In this document: piece by piece, positions 1-10,373 of the stretch
How positions within the stretch are numbered: position 1 is the stretch's first letter
Layout: each line of letters begins with the position of its first letter
Source of the DNA: Salinimicrobium sp.
Lineage (GTDB): Archaea > Thermoplasmatota > Poseidoniia > Poseidoniales > Poseidoniaceae
Direction: 5' to 3'
Assembly: GCA_964228865.1 (NCBI GenBank)
Contig: CAXRAI010000015.1
Coordinates: 17,936-81,935 of the forward strand
DNA length: 64,000 bases
The notes under the pieces: model-generated
Seen by the model: the letters and a program-made list of their open reading frames with translations, nothing else
Told to the model about the DNA's origin: nothing
Database searches by the model: none
Position numbers and translations under genes: made by a program

Positions 1-711
1 GATGCCACGGCCCCACGCTTTCGCGAATTCAAGCGCCGCTTCCGGCGAACGGATCGCATGTTCGATGGACATCTTGGTGTAACGCGTGATGTCTTCCATG
101 ACGTCCTGTCCCAAATCACGACGGACCACGTTGCCTCCAAGAGGCATGGGCCATCCTCCCGTACGTTCATTCCACCACACACCCAGGTCGATGATGACGT
201 TCAAGTCGTGGTCTTTGTAGGTCAATTGACCCTCGTGGATGATGAGGCCTGAACGGTATTTGCCATCAAGGACACCCGGCATGATTTCATCAAACGGAAC
301 CACGACGATCGGGACGTCACCCCACGCGAGACGAAGGCCAAGGTATGCACTTGTTTTGAGGCCCGGCACGGCGATAGGTGCAGCACGAGCGTCCGCTTCC
401 GTGACCCCTGGTTTCGCGATGATCATTGGGCCGTACCCCTCCCCCATGGAGGCGCCACAGTTCATCAGCGCGTAGCGGTCTGCGATGTCAGGAAAAGCAT
501 GGATCGAGACCGCAGACACCTCAAGTTCACTGTTCATGGCGCGATGGTTGAGGGTCTCAATGTCTTGCAGCTCATGCACGAAAACGTAACCGGGGGTGGG
601 GAATGCACCGGTGGTGAGCGCGTGAAACATGAACGCGTCGTCGGGGTCGGGAGAATGACCGATGCGGACAATCTTTTCGCCATCCTCGTTCGTAGGTAGG
701 TCCGCGCCCAT
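1..711 (-). CDS. mqnD: 1,4-dihydroxy-6-naphthoate synthase MqnD (futalosine pathway); C-terminus cut by the window edge
   Basis: This ORF is open at the window edge, so it is absent from the ORF track. My minus-strand translation from the ATG at 711-709 gives MGADLPTNEDGEKIVRIGHSPDPDDAFMFHALTTGAFPTPGYVFVHELQDIETLNHRAMNSELEVSAVSIHAF. The SPDPDDAFMF and DIETLN strings are as I remember them from MqnD. The gene lies 37 nt downstream of mqnA. Confidence 0.8.
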   Translation of the reverse strand, partial: MGADLPTNEDGEKIVRIGHSPDPDDAFMFHALTTGAFPTPGYVFVHELQDIETLNHRAMNSELEVSAVSIHAFPDIADRYALMNCGASMGEGYGPMIIAKPGVTEADARAAPIAVPGLKTSAYLGLRLAWGDVPIVVVPFDEIMPGVLDGKYRSGLIIHEGQLTYKDHDLNVIIDLGVWWNERTGGWPMPLGGNVVRRDLGQDVMEDITRYTKMSIEHAIRSPEAALEFAKAWGRGI

Positions 712-748
712 GGGGAGCGCTCCAACCCGCCCTTCAAGAAGGCACCTC

Positions 749-1561
749 TCACGCCAACGGCGCGACGGTCTCCCATGCCCATTGCGGGCGTTCGACAAGA
801 CCGCAAGCACACTCAAGGAAGGCGTTCAATCCCCGATGATCCTCGGGAGCAAGACGGTTGAACACCTCTCCAAAATATCGGTCAAGCCGTTCCATCGACA
901 ACCCAGTGTGCTGGTGAGCTCGTTCCAAAACGGCACGGCGTGCACGGGGATCTGTCTCAAAGGACACCAGACGGTTCAGCAAGGCCTCATGCGCTGCCCG
1001 TACCAACGCGTCCGGAGTGTCGGCACGCGCAACAAAGACGCCGAACACCATCGGGTGGCCGGTCCGCTCAACCCAAGCCTGACTGAGGTCCATCTGCACC
1101 AGATGTGGATGGAGTGAAGCACCGTCAAGGGCACGGTCACCAATGACCAATGCACCGTCGGCCACCTCGAGCATCGCGTCGAGATCAGGACCCATCTGAA
1201 TGTACTCCACGTCGAGATCGTGTTCGTTGACCAGCCAACGCAACAAGGCGACAGAAGACGCAGAATCCGTTGGAACAGCGATGGATGTCATGTCCTCAAA
1301 GGGTCGATGACCGAACAAAAGAACGCTCCCAACCTCGCCTGCTGAACTGATGCCAACATCAGGAACAAGCACCAATTCCTCATGATGCCGGGCATAGTCA
1401 GCAGCGGGAATGGGTGCGAGGACACAATCGCGACGCAGCACGTGACCGGTCAACCATGACGGGGGAGCAGCGAGGACGGACCAGGAAGGATCCAACCCAG
1501 TGAAGAGCGGATCGCAGTTGATGAAGGCCACTCGGCCAATGGTCCGGGTCCAAGTCGTCAT
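749..1561 (-). CDS. mqnA: chorismate dehydratase MqnA (futalosine pathway)
   Basis: 270-aa ORF. IGRVAFINCDPLFTGL, VPTDSASSVALLRWL and ALVIGDRAL fit the MqnA/MqnD binding-protein-fold family. The gene is flanked by a radical-SAM Mqn enzyme (9 nt upstream) and mqnD. Confidence 0.75.
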   Translation of the reverse strand: MTTWTRTIGRVAFINCDPLFTGLDPSWSVLAAPPSWLTGHVLRRDCVLAPIPAADYARHHEELVLVPDVGISSAGEVGSVLLFGHRPFEDMTSIAVPTDSASSVALLRWLVNEHDLDVEYIQMGPDLDAMLEVADGALVIGDRALDGASLHPHLVQMDLSQAWVERTGHPMVFGVFVARADTPDALVRAAHEALLNRLVSFETDPRARRAVLERAHQHTGLSMERLDRYFGEVFNRLAPEDHRGLNAFLECACGLVERPQWAWETVAPLA

Positions 1562-1570
1562 AGGAACACC

Positions 1571-2782
1571 TCACTCACTGGCCATTTTCAAGCCCCGGCG
1601 CTTCGGAAGCGGAGGAGCCACGTACCTCGTAAAGGAGGTGTAATCCGAATTGCGTTCCCACGCCTCGGCTCCCGCATCGTGAATCAGGCGAGCCATTCGT
1701 CGTCGATCCGCATCCAAGGGGGCCGTTGAGCCAGCGAGATGCATGATGGATTCCTTGTGAACCGTTCCGTCGATGTCGTCTGCTCCAAACCTGAGGGCGA
1801 GTTCACCAAGGCCATCTCCAACGTTCATTCGGTAGGCCTTGATGTGAGGGATGGTGTCCAACATCAGCCTTGAAACCGCAATCGTCCGAAGAACCTCGGC
1901 ACCTGTGGCCAACTGAGCTTCAGGAAGACGGGTGTCGTCAGGAAGGAAGGGGTAGGGCACAAAGCACTGGAACCCGCCAGTTGCATCGGCCACCTCTCGA
2001 AGGCGGAGCATGTGCACCACACGTTGCTCGAGGCTTTCGACGGTGCCAAAAAGCATCGTGCAATTGCTGACATGGCCAAGTTCGTGCACCGTTGCATGGA
2101 TGTCCAGGTATTCTTGGCTGCTTTCTTTCCCGTTGCAGATCACGGCCCGTACATCATCATCAAGGATCTCGGCACCGCCTCCTGGAAGTTGATCGAGGCC
2201 AGCCTCAAACAAGCGCTGCAAGGTCTCTCGAACTGAGAGCTTGGATTGTTCTGCCAAATGCTTGACCTCAACGGCGGTCAGCGCCTTGATGGAAACGTGA
2301 GGAAAGGCGGCTTTCGCGGCCGAGAACATGGATTCGTAGGTGGTGACGTCCCAATCTGGATGCAGGCCACCCACAGAATGGACTTCTGTGACGTGGTCGG
2401 CGTAGCGTGCCAGATCTTCGACGTACGCCTCTGTGCTGAACGCGTAGGCGTCGTCCTGCCGCTTGGAACGACGAAAAGCGCAGAAACGGCAAGCGAGGGC
2501 ACACACGTTTGTCGGGTTGATGTGGACGTTGTGGTTGAAGAAGGCCTTCTTCCCGAAGCGTGCTTCTTTGGCAAGATGAGCAAGGCGACCAAGCTCCGCC
2601 AAATCGTCATGGGCGTACATCAGAAGCCCATGCTCCAATTCGAGCCGACCTCCAGACGCCAACACCTCAACAACGGGTGAGAGCCCTGCGCTCCACGTCT
2701 CTTCGGCGATGGAATCACGAAGGCGTTGGTTCCAATCTTGGTTTGCCCCAGCAGAGCGGTGCTCAGCCCGGACGGCCGCCAT
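1571..2782 (-). CDS. radical SAM menaquinone biosynthesis enzyme, MqnC/MqnE family
   Basis: 403 aa. NPTNVCALACRFCAF carries the CxxxCxxC radical-SAM cluster motif. Length and operon context with mqnA/mqnD fit aminofutalosine synthase (MqnE) or cyclic dehypoxanthinyl futalosine synthase (MqnC). I cannot separate the two by eye. Confidence 0.75.
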   Translation of the reverse strand: MAAVRAEHRSAGANQDWNQRLRDSIAEETWSAGLSPVVEVLASGGRLELEHGLLMYAHDDLAELGRLAHLAKEARFGKKAFFNHNVHINPTNVCALACRFCAFRRSKRQDDAYAFSTEAYVEDLARYADHVTEVHSVGGLHPDWDVTTYESMFSAAKAAFPHVSIKALTAVEVKHLAEQSKLSVRETLQRLFEAGLDQLPGGGAEILDDDVRAVICNGKESSQEYLDIHATVHELGHVSNCTMLFGTVESLEQRVVHMLRLREVADATGGFQCFVPYPFLPDDTRLPEAQLATGAEVLRTIAVSRLMLDTIPHIKAYRMNVGDGLGELALRFGADDIDGTVHKESIMHLAGSTAPLDADRRRMARLIHDAGAEAWERNSDYTSFTRYVAPPLPKRRGLKMASE

Positions 2783-2819
2783 GCGAATTTCTCAGGCCCG
2801 GAACCTTTCAAGGTGGTGT

Positions 2820-5729
2820 TTACGCCGTGTCGTTTTTGATGAGGGCCAGTCGGATGATTTTCCTGAATTCATCCATCACCAAAACCGTCGAGGCGACGAG
2901 GACGACAACCAACCAGTCCTGGGATTCGAGGGTCGTCGTCTTCAGCAAATCACCCACGACCACGTCCCCAAAGGGCAGACCGATGTTGGCTCCTTGAACG
3001 AAGATGAGCAGGAGGCTCATCGAAATCATGGTTGCGAAATTTATCGCTCGATTCGAGAACAAACCCAGATCGAAGACAATGGAACGTTCTCCCGACCTGC
3101 AATTGACGACGTTGAACAGTTGGTAGACGATGAAGACGGAAAACGCCATCGTGCGCGATTGTCGCAATTCCTGTTCCCATGCCTCGTACAGTGCTCCGCT
3201 TCCGGCTTCTTCTTGCTCAAGGCAGGTCGCCACGTCAAAATCAGCACCCATGCCTTGACAAGGTCCTGTGATGACCTCCCCGCCCGCCAAACCAAACACG
3301 ATCATGGTCCCCGTGACCATGACCGCGCCGAGGAACAAAATCAACGAAATGTCCTGAGCGTTTGGCAGGGGTTCGCCAACTGGCCGGGGCGGGCGATCCA
3401 TGACTTCACCATGACGCTTCTCCATGCCCAAAGCAACCGCTGGTGGGCCGTCCATGAGGATGTTGATCACCAAGATCTGTGTTGCCGTGAGCGGCAATTC
3501 CCAACCCAACACCAAGGTGCTCACAAAGAGAAGAAGCACGGCGGCAACGTTGGTTGAAATCTGATAGCGTACGAAATTCCGAATGTTGGAGTAGATCTTA
3601 CGGCCTTCTTCCACCGCTTGAACGATGTTTGCGAAGTTGTCGTCTTGGAGGATCATGTCTGCGGCGTCTTTGGCCACGTCGGTACCTGCAATGCCCATGG
3701 CCACGCCGATGTTGGCTTGTGCAAGGGCTGGTGCGTCGTTGACGCCATCGCCCGTCATGGCAACAACGTGCCCCTTCTCTTGCAGAGCGGTCACAATGCG
3801 CATCTTGTCCATGGGGGTCACACGGGAGTAAATGCTGGCACCTTCAACGCGGTGCCGAAGATCTTCATCTTCCATGTCACGGAGTTCACGCCCGCTGATG
3901 GACGCTCCGTCGTCGCAACCCAAATCGCTGGCGATGGCTTCTGCCGTGGCTTGCTGATCGCCCGTGATCATCTTCACATCAATGCCCGCCTTGTGGCAAC
4001 GTGCAATGGCATCGGCCACTTCCGCACGAGGTGGGTCAATGATGCCCACCGAACCAAGCAAAATCAAATCATGTTCCAAGGATGTTTCAGGATCGAGTTC
4101 GACGTCATCCTCGAGTTTCCGGGCCGCGAAGGTGATCACCCGCATGGCACGATCGGCCAACAGACCAACACGAGCGCGGTAGTCCATCGCTTCATCCGCG
4201 TTGAAAGGCACCGAGTCGTTGCCTTCGAAACGCTGGCTGCACAACGGCAACACCGACGAGGTGGCGCCTTTGACGAAGAGCCAACGCTCACCTTCGTACT
4301 CGTGCACGGTTGACATGCGTTTCCTGACGCTGTCAAACACCTCCTCGTGAAGGCGCGGGTGGAGGGACGCGAATTTCGTCACGTCACCGTTCAGTTTCCA
4401 TCCTGCAACAGCACAGGCCGCGTCGGTTGGATCTCCGATGGCGGACCAGACACCGTCCTCTTCTTGGATGACGGCGTTGTGTGAAAGGGACAAACTCGCA
4501 GCGAGCAGCCTGAACGGCTTTTCACGTTGCATGGTGGCCATTGCATCCTCGCCGAGTTCGTTGCCGTTCACCTCAAGCGATCCTGTGGGTTTGTACCCCT
4601 CGCCGCTGACGTCGTAGGTGGACTGGAAGGTCGCGAGAGCTTTGACCGTCATTTGATTCGTGGTCAACGTCCCCGTCTTGTCTGAACAAATGACCGTGGT
4701 GGAACCGAGTGTTTCAACCGCCTTCATTTGACGAATGATGGCACGATGCTTCGCCATATTCCGCATGCCCAAGGAAAGCGTGATCACAAGAATGATCGGC
4801 AATCCTTCTGGAACAATGGCCACGAAGATGGCGATGGCGACGATGAATTGGTCAACGACAACGCCGAACAAGTCGCTTTGTCCGTCGATGATGGCCTTGC
4901 CCAACTCAACGCTGACGATCACCACAGCAACAAGAAGGGCGATGAATCCCAAGAAACGGCCAAGCGATTCGAGTTTGTGCTCCAGGGGTGTCTTTGGGGG
5001 TTCTGCCTCTTGGATGTCTGCGGCAATTTGACCCAATTGGGTGTTCATGCCAATGCCCACGACCATGCCTTGGCCGCGGCCCGTCGCGACCGTTGTGCCC
5101 ATGTAGGCCATGTTGTCGCGCTCGGCGAGCAACAAATCCTCGGCCAAGGCGTCGGCTCCCTTTTTGCGCGGTATGGATTCACCGGTAAGTGCCGATTCAT
5201 CCACCGTAAACTGCATGACGGACATCAGACGGACGTCGGCAGGAATCTTCTGCCCTTCCTCAAGCCGAACCAGGTCTCCCGGCAACAACATGTCCGCAGG
5301 GATTTCGATGTCCCGGCCCTCGCGTATCACCACACATTGGCTCACAGCGCTGGATTTGAGGCGCTCCACGGCCTCTTCGGCCTTGCCTTCCTGCCAGTAG
5401 CCAAAGGCCGCATTCGCGGTCAGAACGATGAAGATGAAAATCGCATCACCGGGTTGATCCGGATGGATGGCCAACGCAATCAGCGCGGCACCAATCAGGA
5501 GGAAATTCAAGGGGTCATTGTACTGATTGAGAAAACGGAGCCACGCAGGATCCCTCGTTTTGGACGTCAACCGGTTGAACCCATGCCGCTCCCGGAGTTG
5601 AAACACCTGGGCGTCGGTTAACCCCTCTTTTCCAGACTCAAGCTGTTCTGAAACCCGCTCCGTGTTTAGGGCATGCCATGGAATGCCATCTCCCCTTTGG
5701 GGAAGGTCGGAAGGACCCATGTTTTCCAC
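2820..5729 (-). CDS. cation-transporting P-type ATPase (type II-like, Ca2+/Na+/K+ class)
   Basis: 969 aa. Motifs seen: TGES actuator (LTGESIP), DKTGTLT phosphorylation site, MITGDQ, and TGDGVNDAPAL hinge. About 10 predicted TM segments. Ion specificity cannot be decided from the sequence. Confidence 0.9.
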   Translation of the reverse strand: MENMGPSDLPQRGDGIPWHALNTERVSEQLESGKEGLTDAQVFQLRERHGFNRLTSKTRDPAWLRFLNQYNDPLNFLLIGAALIALAIHPDQPGDAIFIFIVLTANAAFGYWQEGKAEEAVERLKSSAVSQCVVIREGRDIEIPADMLLPGDLVRLEEGQKIPADVRLMSVMQFTVDESALTGESIPRKKGADALAEDLLLAERDNMAYMGTTVATGRGQGMVVGIGMNTQLGQIAADIQEAEPPKTPLEHKLESLGRFLGFIALLVAVVIVSVELGKAIIDGQSDLFGVVVDQFIVAIAIFVAIVPEGLPIILVITLSLGMRNMAKHRAIIRQMKAVETLGSTTVICSDKTGTLTTNQMTVKALATFQSTYDVSGEGYKPTGSLEVNGNELGEDAMATMQREKPFRLLAASLSLSHNAVIQEEDGVWSAIGDPTDAACAVAGWKLNGDVTKFASLHPRLHEEVFDSVRKRMSTVHEYEGERWLFVKGATSSVLPLCSQRFEGNDSVPFNADEAMDYRARVGLLADRAMRVITFAARKLEDDVELDPETSLEHDLILLGSVGIIDPPRAEVADAIARCHKAGIDVKMITGDQQATAEAIASDLGCDDGASISGRELRDMEDEDLRHRVEGASIYSRVTPMDKMRIVTALQEKGHVVAMTGDGVNDAPALAQANIGVAMGIAGTDVAKDAADMILQDDNFANIVQAVEEGRKIYSNIRNFVRYQISTNVAAVLLLFVSTLVLGWELPLTATQILVINILMDGPPAVALGMEKRHGEVMDRPPRPVGEPLPNAQDISLILFLGAVMVTGTMIVFGLAGGEVITGPCQGMGADFDVATCLEQEEAGSGALYEAWEQELRQSRTMAFSVFIVYQLFNVVNCRSGERSIVFDLGLFSNRAINFATMISMSLLLIFVQGANIGLPFGDVVVGDLLKTTTLESQDWLVVVLVASTVLVMDEFRKIIRLALIKNDTA

Positions 5730-5747
5730 CGACGAAATGCCAAACCA

Positions 5748-7865
5748 ATGAAGATGATGGTTCTGAAGTCACGCCGATGCTTTGACGGTGGACGGACGAT
5801 TGGCCGGGACGTGAGCGCGACGGAGGACCCATTCATTTCCCCTGACGTCACCATCCCAGAGCTCACGGTACGGGCCGTCGGGGTTGGTATCGTCCTCGGT
5901 GTGCTGATGACCGCTGCCAACGCATACCTTGGCCTTTATGCGGGCATGACGGTTTCTGCGAGCATACCTGCGGCCGTCATGTCGATGATCATTCTACGGT
6001 TGATGTTCAATGACGTGACGATCCTCGAAAACAACAGCGTCCAAACGATGGCGAGCGCTGGTGAAAGCCTTGCTGCAGGGGTGATTTTTACGGTGCCTGC
6101 CTTCCTTGTGGTCGGGCTGTGGACCGACATCGATTGGGGCATCACGTTGGCCATTGCCCTGCTCGGCGGTTGGCTCGGAACGATGTTTACCATCGCGCTG
6201 CGCAGGTTGTTCATCGTCGAGGAAGCGCTGCCTTACCCTGAAGGCGTCGCGTGCAGGGAAGTCCTTGTCGCGGGAGAAGAGGGAGGGGATGGCATGATTG
6301 CCATCCTTTACGCGCTTGCCATCGGGGCGCTGTACGGTTTTGTGGTCAAAGTCATGGCAGCGGTGCACCACGCCGTGGAAGGCGCCTTTCACTTCCTGGG
6401 TACGCGCCTGTACGCGGGCGCTGACTTGTCGGTGGCTTTGTTCTCGGTCGGTTTCATCGTTGGACTTCGCATCGCTTCGTTCATTTTCCTTGGCGGTGTG
6501 ATCGGATTTGGTATCTTGACGCCCGTTTACGGCTTCATCCATGGATGGCCGGAGGGCGACCTCGCAGCTGGCTTTACGTCGATCTTCTTGACTCAAATCC
6601 GCTACATTGGCGTGGGAGCGATGGTGGTCGGTGGGGTGCACACCCTTTGGACCATGAGGAGAACGATCGTCGAAGGACTCTCGGGGGCGTTCAAAGCCTC
6701 GGACGGGGAAGCCGAACGCTTGCTCAGAACAGAACAAGACATCCCGCTTCGGTACGTGGCCATGGTGGTCGCAGGCCTCGTGGTCCTGACCTTCCTCTTC
6801 TATTGGAGAACCACAGGTTCACTCGTGCTGGCGCTCGCAGGGGCACTGTTCTTGGCCCTCGTGGCCTTTTTCTTCAGTGCCGTGGCCGGCTACATCGCGG
6901 GTGTTGTTGGATCGTCGAATTCACCGGTCTCAGGAATGACGATTGCCACCTTGTTGTTCACCGTCTTGCTGGTGTGGGTCGTCGGTGACCTCATCCTCAA
7001 TTTGGCGACAGAAGAACTCATTCTTGCCACCCTGCTTATTGCAGCGGTGGTCGCATCGTCTAGCGCGATTGCGGGCGACGTGATGCAGGACCTGAAAACC
7101 GGGAACATGGTTGGAGCCACGCCATGGCGTCAACAAACCGCAGAGGTGGTTGGCGTGACTGTGGGTGCGCTTGTTATCGGCCCAGTGTTGAGCCTCCTCC
7201 ACAACGCCTTCCGCATCTCGGCGACGGCGTGCCTCAACGACCCATTGCCCGGCGACCCGACCTGCTCTCGTGCCTTGTTCGCACCCCAAGCAGAACTGAT
7301 TGGAGCCATCGCCCAAGGTGCCTTTGGGGGTTCCATCAACATCCAGATGGTGTTGCTTGGTGTGTTGTTTGCCGTGGCCCTCATTCGCCTGAAAATGCCA
7401 GTGATGTCGGTGGCGATTGGGCTGTACCTTCCGCTCAAACTCTCGGTGCCCATCATGCTTGGTGGATTGATTGCCGCCACCATGGGTGCCGTCATCGTCA
7501 AGCGTATCGACGGCGAGGTGTCCGAAAAGCCCTCCAAGGAAGCCAAAGAAGCGGTGGACACCATGCAAGCGCGTGGCGTCCTCATTGGAGCAGGTTACAT
7601 CGCAGGTGAATCACTGCTCGGGGTCCTGTTGGCAGTGCTGATCGTCTTGGACGTTGATTTGTCCGCCATGCTGGGCATCACAGCCCTCGGTGATGTGGCT
7701 TCACTGCTCTTCTTCCTGTGGTTTGTTGCGGTCTTCATCGCCCTGGTGGCGCAAACCATGCCAAAGGGCATCACGCCGAGTATGGTCGTGGCGGTGGTCA
7801 TCAGTGCCGTCCAGCGTGCCTTCCAGAAGATGATTCCAAGCGCTTTGCAGCGCTCCGATGCCTGA
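5748..7865 (+). CDS. OPT-family oligopeptide/metal-chelate transporter
   Basis: The track ORF is 5673..7865. I moved the start to the internal ATG at 5748 (MKMMVLKS) to remove the overlap with the divergent ATPase start. ELTVRAVGVGIVLGVLMTAANAYLGLYAGMTVSASIPAAVMSM is a typical OPT N-terminus. The protein is polytopic throughout. Confidence 0.8.
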   Translation: MKMMVLKSRRCFDGGRTIGRDVSATEDPFISPDVTIPELTVRAVGVGIVLGVLMTAANAYLGLYAGMTVSASIPAAVMSMIILRLMFNDVTILENNSVQTMASAGESLAAGVIFTVPAFLVVGLWTDIDWGITLAIALLGGWLGTMFTIALRRLFIVEEALPYPEGVACREVLVAGEEGGDGMIAILYALAIGALYGFVVKVMAAVHHAVEGAFHFLGTRLYAGADLSVALFSVGFIVGLRIASFIFLGGVIGFGILTPVYGFIHGWPEGDLAAGFTSIFLTQIRYIGVGAMVVGGVHTLWTMRRTIVEGLSGAFKASDGEAERLLRTEQDIPLRYVAMVVAGLVVLTFLFYWRTTGSLVLALAGALFLALVAFFFSAVAGYIAGVVGSSNSPVSGMTIATLLFTVLLVWVVGDLILNLATEELILATLLIAAVVASSSAIAGDVMQDLKTGNMVGATPWRQQTAEVVGVTVGALVIGPVLSLLHNAFRISATACLNDPLPGDPTCSRALFAPQAELIGAIAQGAFGGSINIQMVLLGVLFAVALIRLKMPVMSVAIGLYLPLKLSVPIMLGGLIAATMGAVIVKRIDGEVSEKPSKEAKEAVDTMQARGVLIGAGYIAGESLLGVLLAVLIVLDVDLSAMLGITALGDVASLLFFLWFVAVFIALVAQTMPKGITPSMVVAVVISAVQRAFQKMIPSALQRSDA

Positions 7866-8739
7866 GGTCCAATGTGAAAGGATGAAAGGCCCACCTCAGA
7901 GCATCGCGGCGATGACCGCCGACATTGACCATCTCGAGGAGCAAGCCCGGCGCTGCCGCGTCGAGATCGTGAAGATGGTCCATCGAGCCCAAGCAGGTCA
8001 CCCCGGTGGGTCCCTCTCAGAAATTGACCTCCTCGTCGCGCTCTACGGAGCCATCCTCAACGTACGCCCCGATGACCCGGATTGGTCGGACCGAGACAGG
8101 TTCATCCTCTCCAAAGGCCATGCATCACCTGGCATGTACGCCGTTCTGGCAGAGCACGGCTTCATCTCACACGCCGACCTCGCTTCCTACCGCGTCAAAG
8201 GCGGCGTGTGCCAAGGCCACGTGGACATGAAGTGGTGCCCTGGTGTTGACTTTTCAGCAGGTTCACTCGGCATGGGACTCTCGTTCGGCCTTGGTTGCGC
8301 ATTGGCCGCTCGCTTGGACGGCTCCAACCGACAAGCATGGGTCATGCTTGGTGACGGTGAAGTCCAGGAAGGCAGCGTCTGGGAGGCGGCGATGGCTGCG
8401 AAGCATCACAACGTGGGCAACCTCAAGGCGATCGTCGATGTCAACCGCATCCAGAACGATGACTTCTGCGTTGAGCAGATGGAAGTGCATGACCTTGAAG
8501 CCATGTGGGCTTCATTCGGCTGGCAAGTGTTCAGCGTCGACGGTCACGACATGAGCGCCGTCGTTGGCGCATTGATGGCCGTGTCCGCGCACGCAGATGG
8601 TCCAGCAGTTCTCTTGGCACAGACCGTCAAGGGCAAGGGCGTCTCCTACATGGAGGACAACCCGTCCTTCCATGGTGCGGCCCCGAACGACGATCAATTT
8701 GCCCAAGCGATGGCGGAGCTCGGGGAGGTGGCCGCATGA
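7858..8739 (+). CDS. transketolase, N-terminal (thiamine-diphosphate-binding) subunit
   Basis: 293-aa ORF. HRAQAGHPGGSLS, SKGHASPGMYA and GDGEVQEGSVWEA are transketolase PP-domain motifs. The split-gene arrangement is typical of archaea. The true start may be the internal ATG at 7882 or 7912 (MTADIDHLEE...). Confidence 0.85.
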   Translation: MPEVQCERMKGPPQSIAAMTADIDHLEEQARRCRVEIVKMVHRAQAGHPGGSLSEIDLLVALYGAILNVRPDDPDWSDRDRFILSKGHASPGMYAVLAEHGFISHADLASYRVKGGVCQGHVDMKWCPGVDFSAGSLGMGLSFGLGCALAARLDGSNRQAWVMLGDGEVQEGSVWEAAMAAKHHNVGNLKAIVDVNRIQNDDFCVEQMEVHDLEAMWASFGWQVFSVDGHDMSAVVGALMAVSAHADGPAVLLAQTVKGKGVSYMEDNPSFHGAAPNDDQFAQAMAELGEVAA

Positions 8740-9671
8740 CGCGAATGGCCGCGACGCGAGACGGTTACGGTGCCGCCTTGATGGAGCTTGCAGGGAACGA
8801 CAAGGTGGTCGTTCTCGAAGCCGACTTGGGCAAGTCCACCAAATCTCAACTCTTCCGCAAGGCCCACCCCGAGCGGACCATCTCGTGCGGGATTGGCGAG
8901 CAGAACATGCTGCTGACCGCAGCCGGCATGGCGTCCTCTGGCTACGTGCCCTTTGCCAGCACCTTCGCCATCTTCACCGAACGTGCCTTTGAGCAGATGC
9001 GAAACGGTGTGGCCCGACCAAACCTTGCGGTCCACCTCTGCGGTTCCCATGGCGGAACGCACACGGGCACAGACGGCTCTTCGGCACAATCCATTGAGGA
9101 CCTGGCCATCTACAGGACCCTGCCAAACGTAACCGTCATCCACCCCGCGGACGACGTGTCGACCAAACTCCTCACGAAGCAACTCGTCGAACACGGTCAA
9201 CCGTCGTACACGCGCACGGCCCGGAACAAGACACCTGTGCTCTACGACGGACGCGAGGACGAGGTCCAGATCGGCCGAGGCATCGTCCACGGGGACGGAA
9301 GCGACGTCACCATCGTGGCCTGCGGCGTGATGGTGTCGCGGTCGCTCGAAGCAGCCGAACTCCTCCGCGCGGACGGGATTGAAGCGACCGTGGTGGACAT
9401 GCACACGCTGAAGCCCCTCGACACCGAACTGCTCGACCGGCTCGCAGCAAGCACCGGATGCATGGTGACCGCAGAGGACCACTCGATCATCGGTGGTTTG
9501 GGCGGAGCCGTGGCCGAGCACCTCATCTCAACGCGACCGGTTCCTTTGGAGCGGGTTGGTGTTCAGGACCGCTTCGGTGAATCGGCGCAAGCCGAGGAAA
9601 TGCTGGAGATGATGGGCCTGACCGCACCTGACGTTGCGGCCGCCGCTCACCGCGCCATCGGCCGAAAGTGA
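8736..9671 (+). CDS. transketolase, C-terminal (pyrimidine-binding) subunit
   Basis: The start ATG at 8736 overlaps the upstream stop (ATGA). MTRMAATRDGYGAALMELAGNDKVVVLEADLGKST...GIGEQNML is a typical TktC. The track ORF 8505.. carries a spurious Arg-rich N-terminal extension. Confidence 0.85.
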   Translation: MTRMAATRDGYGAALMELAGNDKVVVLEADLGKSTKSQLFRKAHPERTISCGIGEQNMLLTAAGMASSGYVPFASTFAIFTERAFEQMRNGVARPNLAVHLCGSHGGTHTGTDGSSAQSIEDLAIYRTLPNVTVIHPADDVSTKLLTKQLVEHGQPSYTRTARNKTPVLYDGREDEVQIGRGIVHGDGSDVTIVACGVMVSRSLEAAELLRADGIEATVVDMHTLKPLDTELLDRLAASTGCMVTAEDHSIIGGLGGAVAEHLISTRPVPLERVGVQDRFGESAQAEEMLEMMGLTAPDVAAAAHRAIGRK

Positions 9672-9713
9672 GACCCCCCAAGATTCAAGGAACGTCCTCA
9701 GCGCCTTCACCGC

Positions 9714-10373
9714 ATGGAGTTCTTCCTGGACACGGCCGACGTTGACGAGATTCGAGAGATTGCCGCGTGGGGCATCCTTGACGGTGTGACCACCAACCCT
9801 TCGCTCATCAAAAAGAGCGGTCGGGACTTTCGAGAAGTCGTCCGCGAAATCGCGGGCATTTGCTCTGGACCGATTTCAGCGGAAGTCACCGCAATGGACA
9901 CCGCCGGAATGGTCGAGCAGGGCCGGGCGCTGAAGGCGGAGCTTCCAGAAAACGTCATCATCAAGATTCCATGCACGCCGGAAGGGCTTGCCGCGACAAA
10001 AATCCTCACCGAAGACGGGATCAAGACGAACGTAACCCTGATCTTCTCAGCATCCCAAGCGCTGATGGCCGCCAAAGCGGGCGCAACCTACGTCTCGCCC
10101 TTCATCGGCAGGATCGACGACACGGGTCACGACGGGATGGAACTCATCGCTGAGATCATGAACACGTGGGCAAACTACGACCTGGACACCAAGGTCCTCG
10201 CAGCCTCTGTGCGCCACCCGACCCACGTGCTCCAATGCATCCAACTTGGAGCCCATACGGCCACCATGCCTGCCAAGACCTTCCGCCAACTGATGAGTCA
10301 CCCCCTGACCGACCGAGGTTTGGAAGGCTTCATGCGCGACTGGGCTGAAGTTGAAGCCAAAGGCAACGCGTGA
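9714..10373 (+). CDS. tal: transaldolase (short Fsa/TalC-type)
   Basis: 219 aa. [32 protein letters not shown] and [10 protein letters not shown] (Schiff-base Lys region) are seen. It follows the transketolase genes. Confidence 0.9.
   Translation: MEFFLDTADVDEIREIAAWGILDGVTTNPSLIKKSGRDFREVVREIAGICSGPISAEVTAMDTAGMVEQGRALKAELPENVIIKIPCTPEGLAATKILTEDGIKTNVTLIFSASQALMAAKAGATYVSPFIGRIDDTGHDGMELIAEIMNTWANYDLDTKVLAASVRHPTHVLQCIQLGAHTATMPAKTFRQLMSHPLTDRGLEGFMRDWAEVEAKGNA

Noticed and set aside
5673-5747. N-terminal 25 codons of the OPT ORF overlapping the divergent P-type ATPase start
   Set aside because: The extension is basic and unstructured and would overlap the ATPase coding start by 57 nt. 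The internal ATG at 5748 gives a clean divergent arrangement.
8505-8735. 77-codon N-terminal extension of the transketolase C-subunit ORF
   Set aside because: It is an Arg-rich out-of-context sequence lying wholly inside the TktN gene in another frame. The ATG at 8736 overlaps the TktN stop and starts a canonical TktC N-terminus.
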